DNA of 32,000 nt from Candidatus Micrarchaeota archaeon (lineage in GTDB: Archaea; Micrarchaeota; Micrarchaeia; Micrarchaeales; Micrarchaeaceae), in assembly GCA_021787495.1 (NCBI GenBank), contig JAJYLX010000002.1, positions 21,455 to 53,454 of the forward strand, read 5' to 3'. Every line of letters begins with the position of its first letter. Within the stretch, counting starts at the first letter, position 1. The notes under the pieces are model-generated. The model saw only the letters and a list, made by a program, of their open reading frames with translations, was not told the DNA's origin and did no database searches. The position numbers and the translations under genes were made by a program. Below are positions 31,946 through 32,000 of this stretch, piece after piece.

Positions 31946-32000
31946 TCATGTCCTCCTCAGCATCCTTTCCAGCGCATCGTCCACCTTGCACCTGAGGCGT
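31946..32000 (-). CDS. 3' end of an unidentified convergent gene (18 codons visible)
   Basis: The minus-strand frame ..RLRCKVDDALERMLRRT-stop has host-like codon usage. It is too short to identify. Confidence 0.25.
   Translation of the reverse strand, partial: RLRCKVDDALERMLRRT

Noticed and set aside
1-32000. CRISPR arrays, rRNA genes, or long tandem or interspersed repeats.
   Set aside because: Reading both strands, I saw no series of regularly spaced direct repeats and no rRNA-like conserved stretches. The only exact repeat of note is the 14-bp att-like pair at 27513 and 30011.
31832-32000. Expected rpoD (RNA polymerase subunit D) downstream of rps11.
   Set aside because: The forward frames give only Pro/His-rich sequence without RpoD motifs. 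The better-looking frame is on the minus strand (the last 18 codons of a convergent gene).

Overview
This is a GC-rich archaeal chromosomal window. Supporting signs: AGG/ATA-biased codon usage, A/T-rich TATA/BRE-like boxes about 25-30 nt upstream of many start codons, frequent GTG/TTG starts, 4-nt ATGA/GTGA gene overlaps, a tRNA with two introns, and an archaeal S13-S4-S11 operon. The multi-intron tRNA and compact gene layout suggest a DPANN/Micrarchaeota-like or Thermoplasmata-like organism, but that is inference only. Gene order: a 5'-truncated radical SAM gene; a membrane-anchored FKBP isomerase broken by a frameshift; a protein built from two tandem ribosomal-stalk P1 N-terminal domains; a cluster of small metal/redox proteins (AhpD-like, DUF5679 zinc ribbon, DUF1059, CDGSH); an APC permease and two MFS transporters; a [NiFe]-hydrogenase locus (hypC, an N-terminally extended HypC paralog, an EamA transporter, a maturation protease, and a convergent minimal small+large subunit pair); CYTH and EEP enzymes; a classical mevalonate cluster (hmgA, mvk, diphosphomevalonate decarboxylase, ERG8-type phosphomevalonate kinase); wHTH, macro-domain and HIT genes; a duplicated YjbQ protein; an ispF-ispE pair, which is unexpected in an archaeon; a HerA/FtsK-type ATPase fused to an Hjc-like PD-(D/E)xK domain, preceded by a small ORF; a polyprenyl synthase and thrC; and a DUF5320-DUF134 pair behind perfect palindromes. 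Next comes tRNA-Ser(GGA) carrying two bulge-helix-bulge introns. It is followed by a decayed integrated element of about 2.5 kb, bounded by 14-bp direct repeats, that contains a multiply frameshifted, truncated integrase and AT-richer cargo. The window ends with rps13-rps4-rps11. The strongest novelty candidates are the HerA-Hjc fusion module, the ispEF pair beside a full mevalonate pathway, the two-intron tRNA with its degraded island, the minimal hydrogenase with unusual HypC paralog, and the tandem P1-domain protein.
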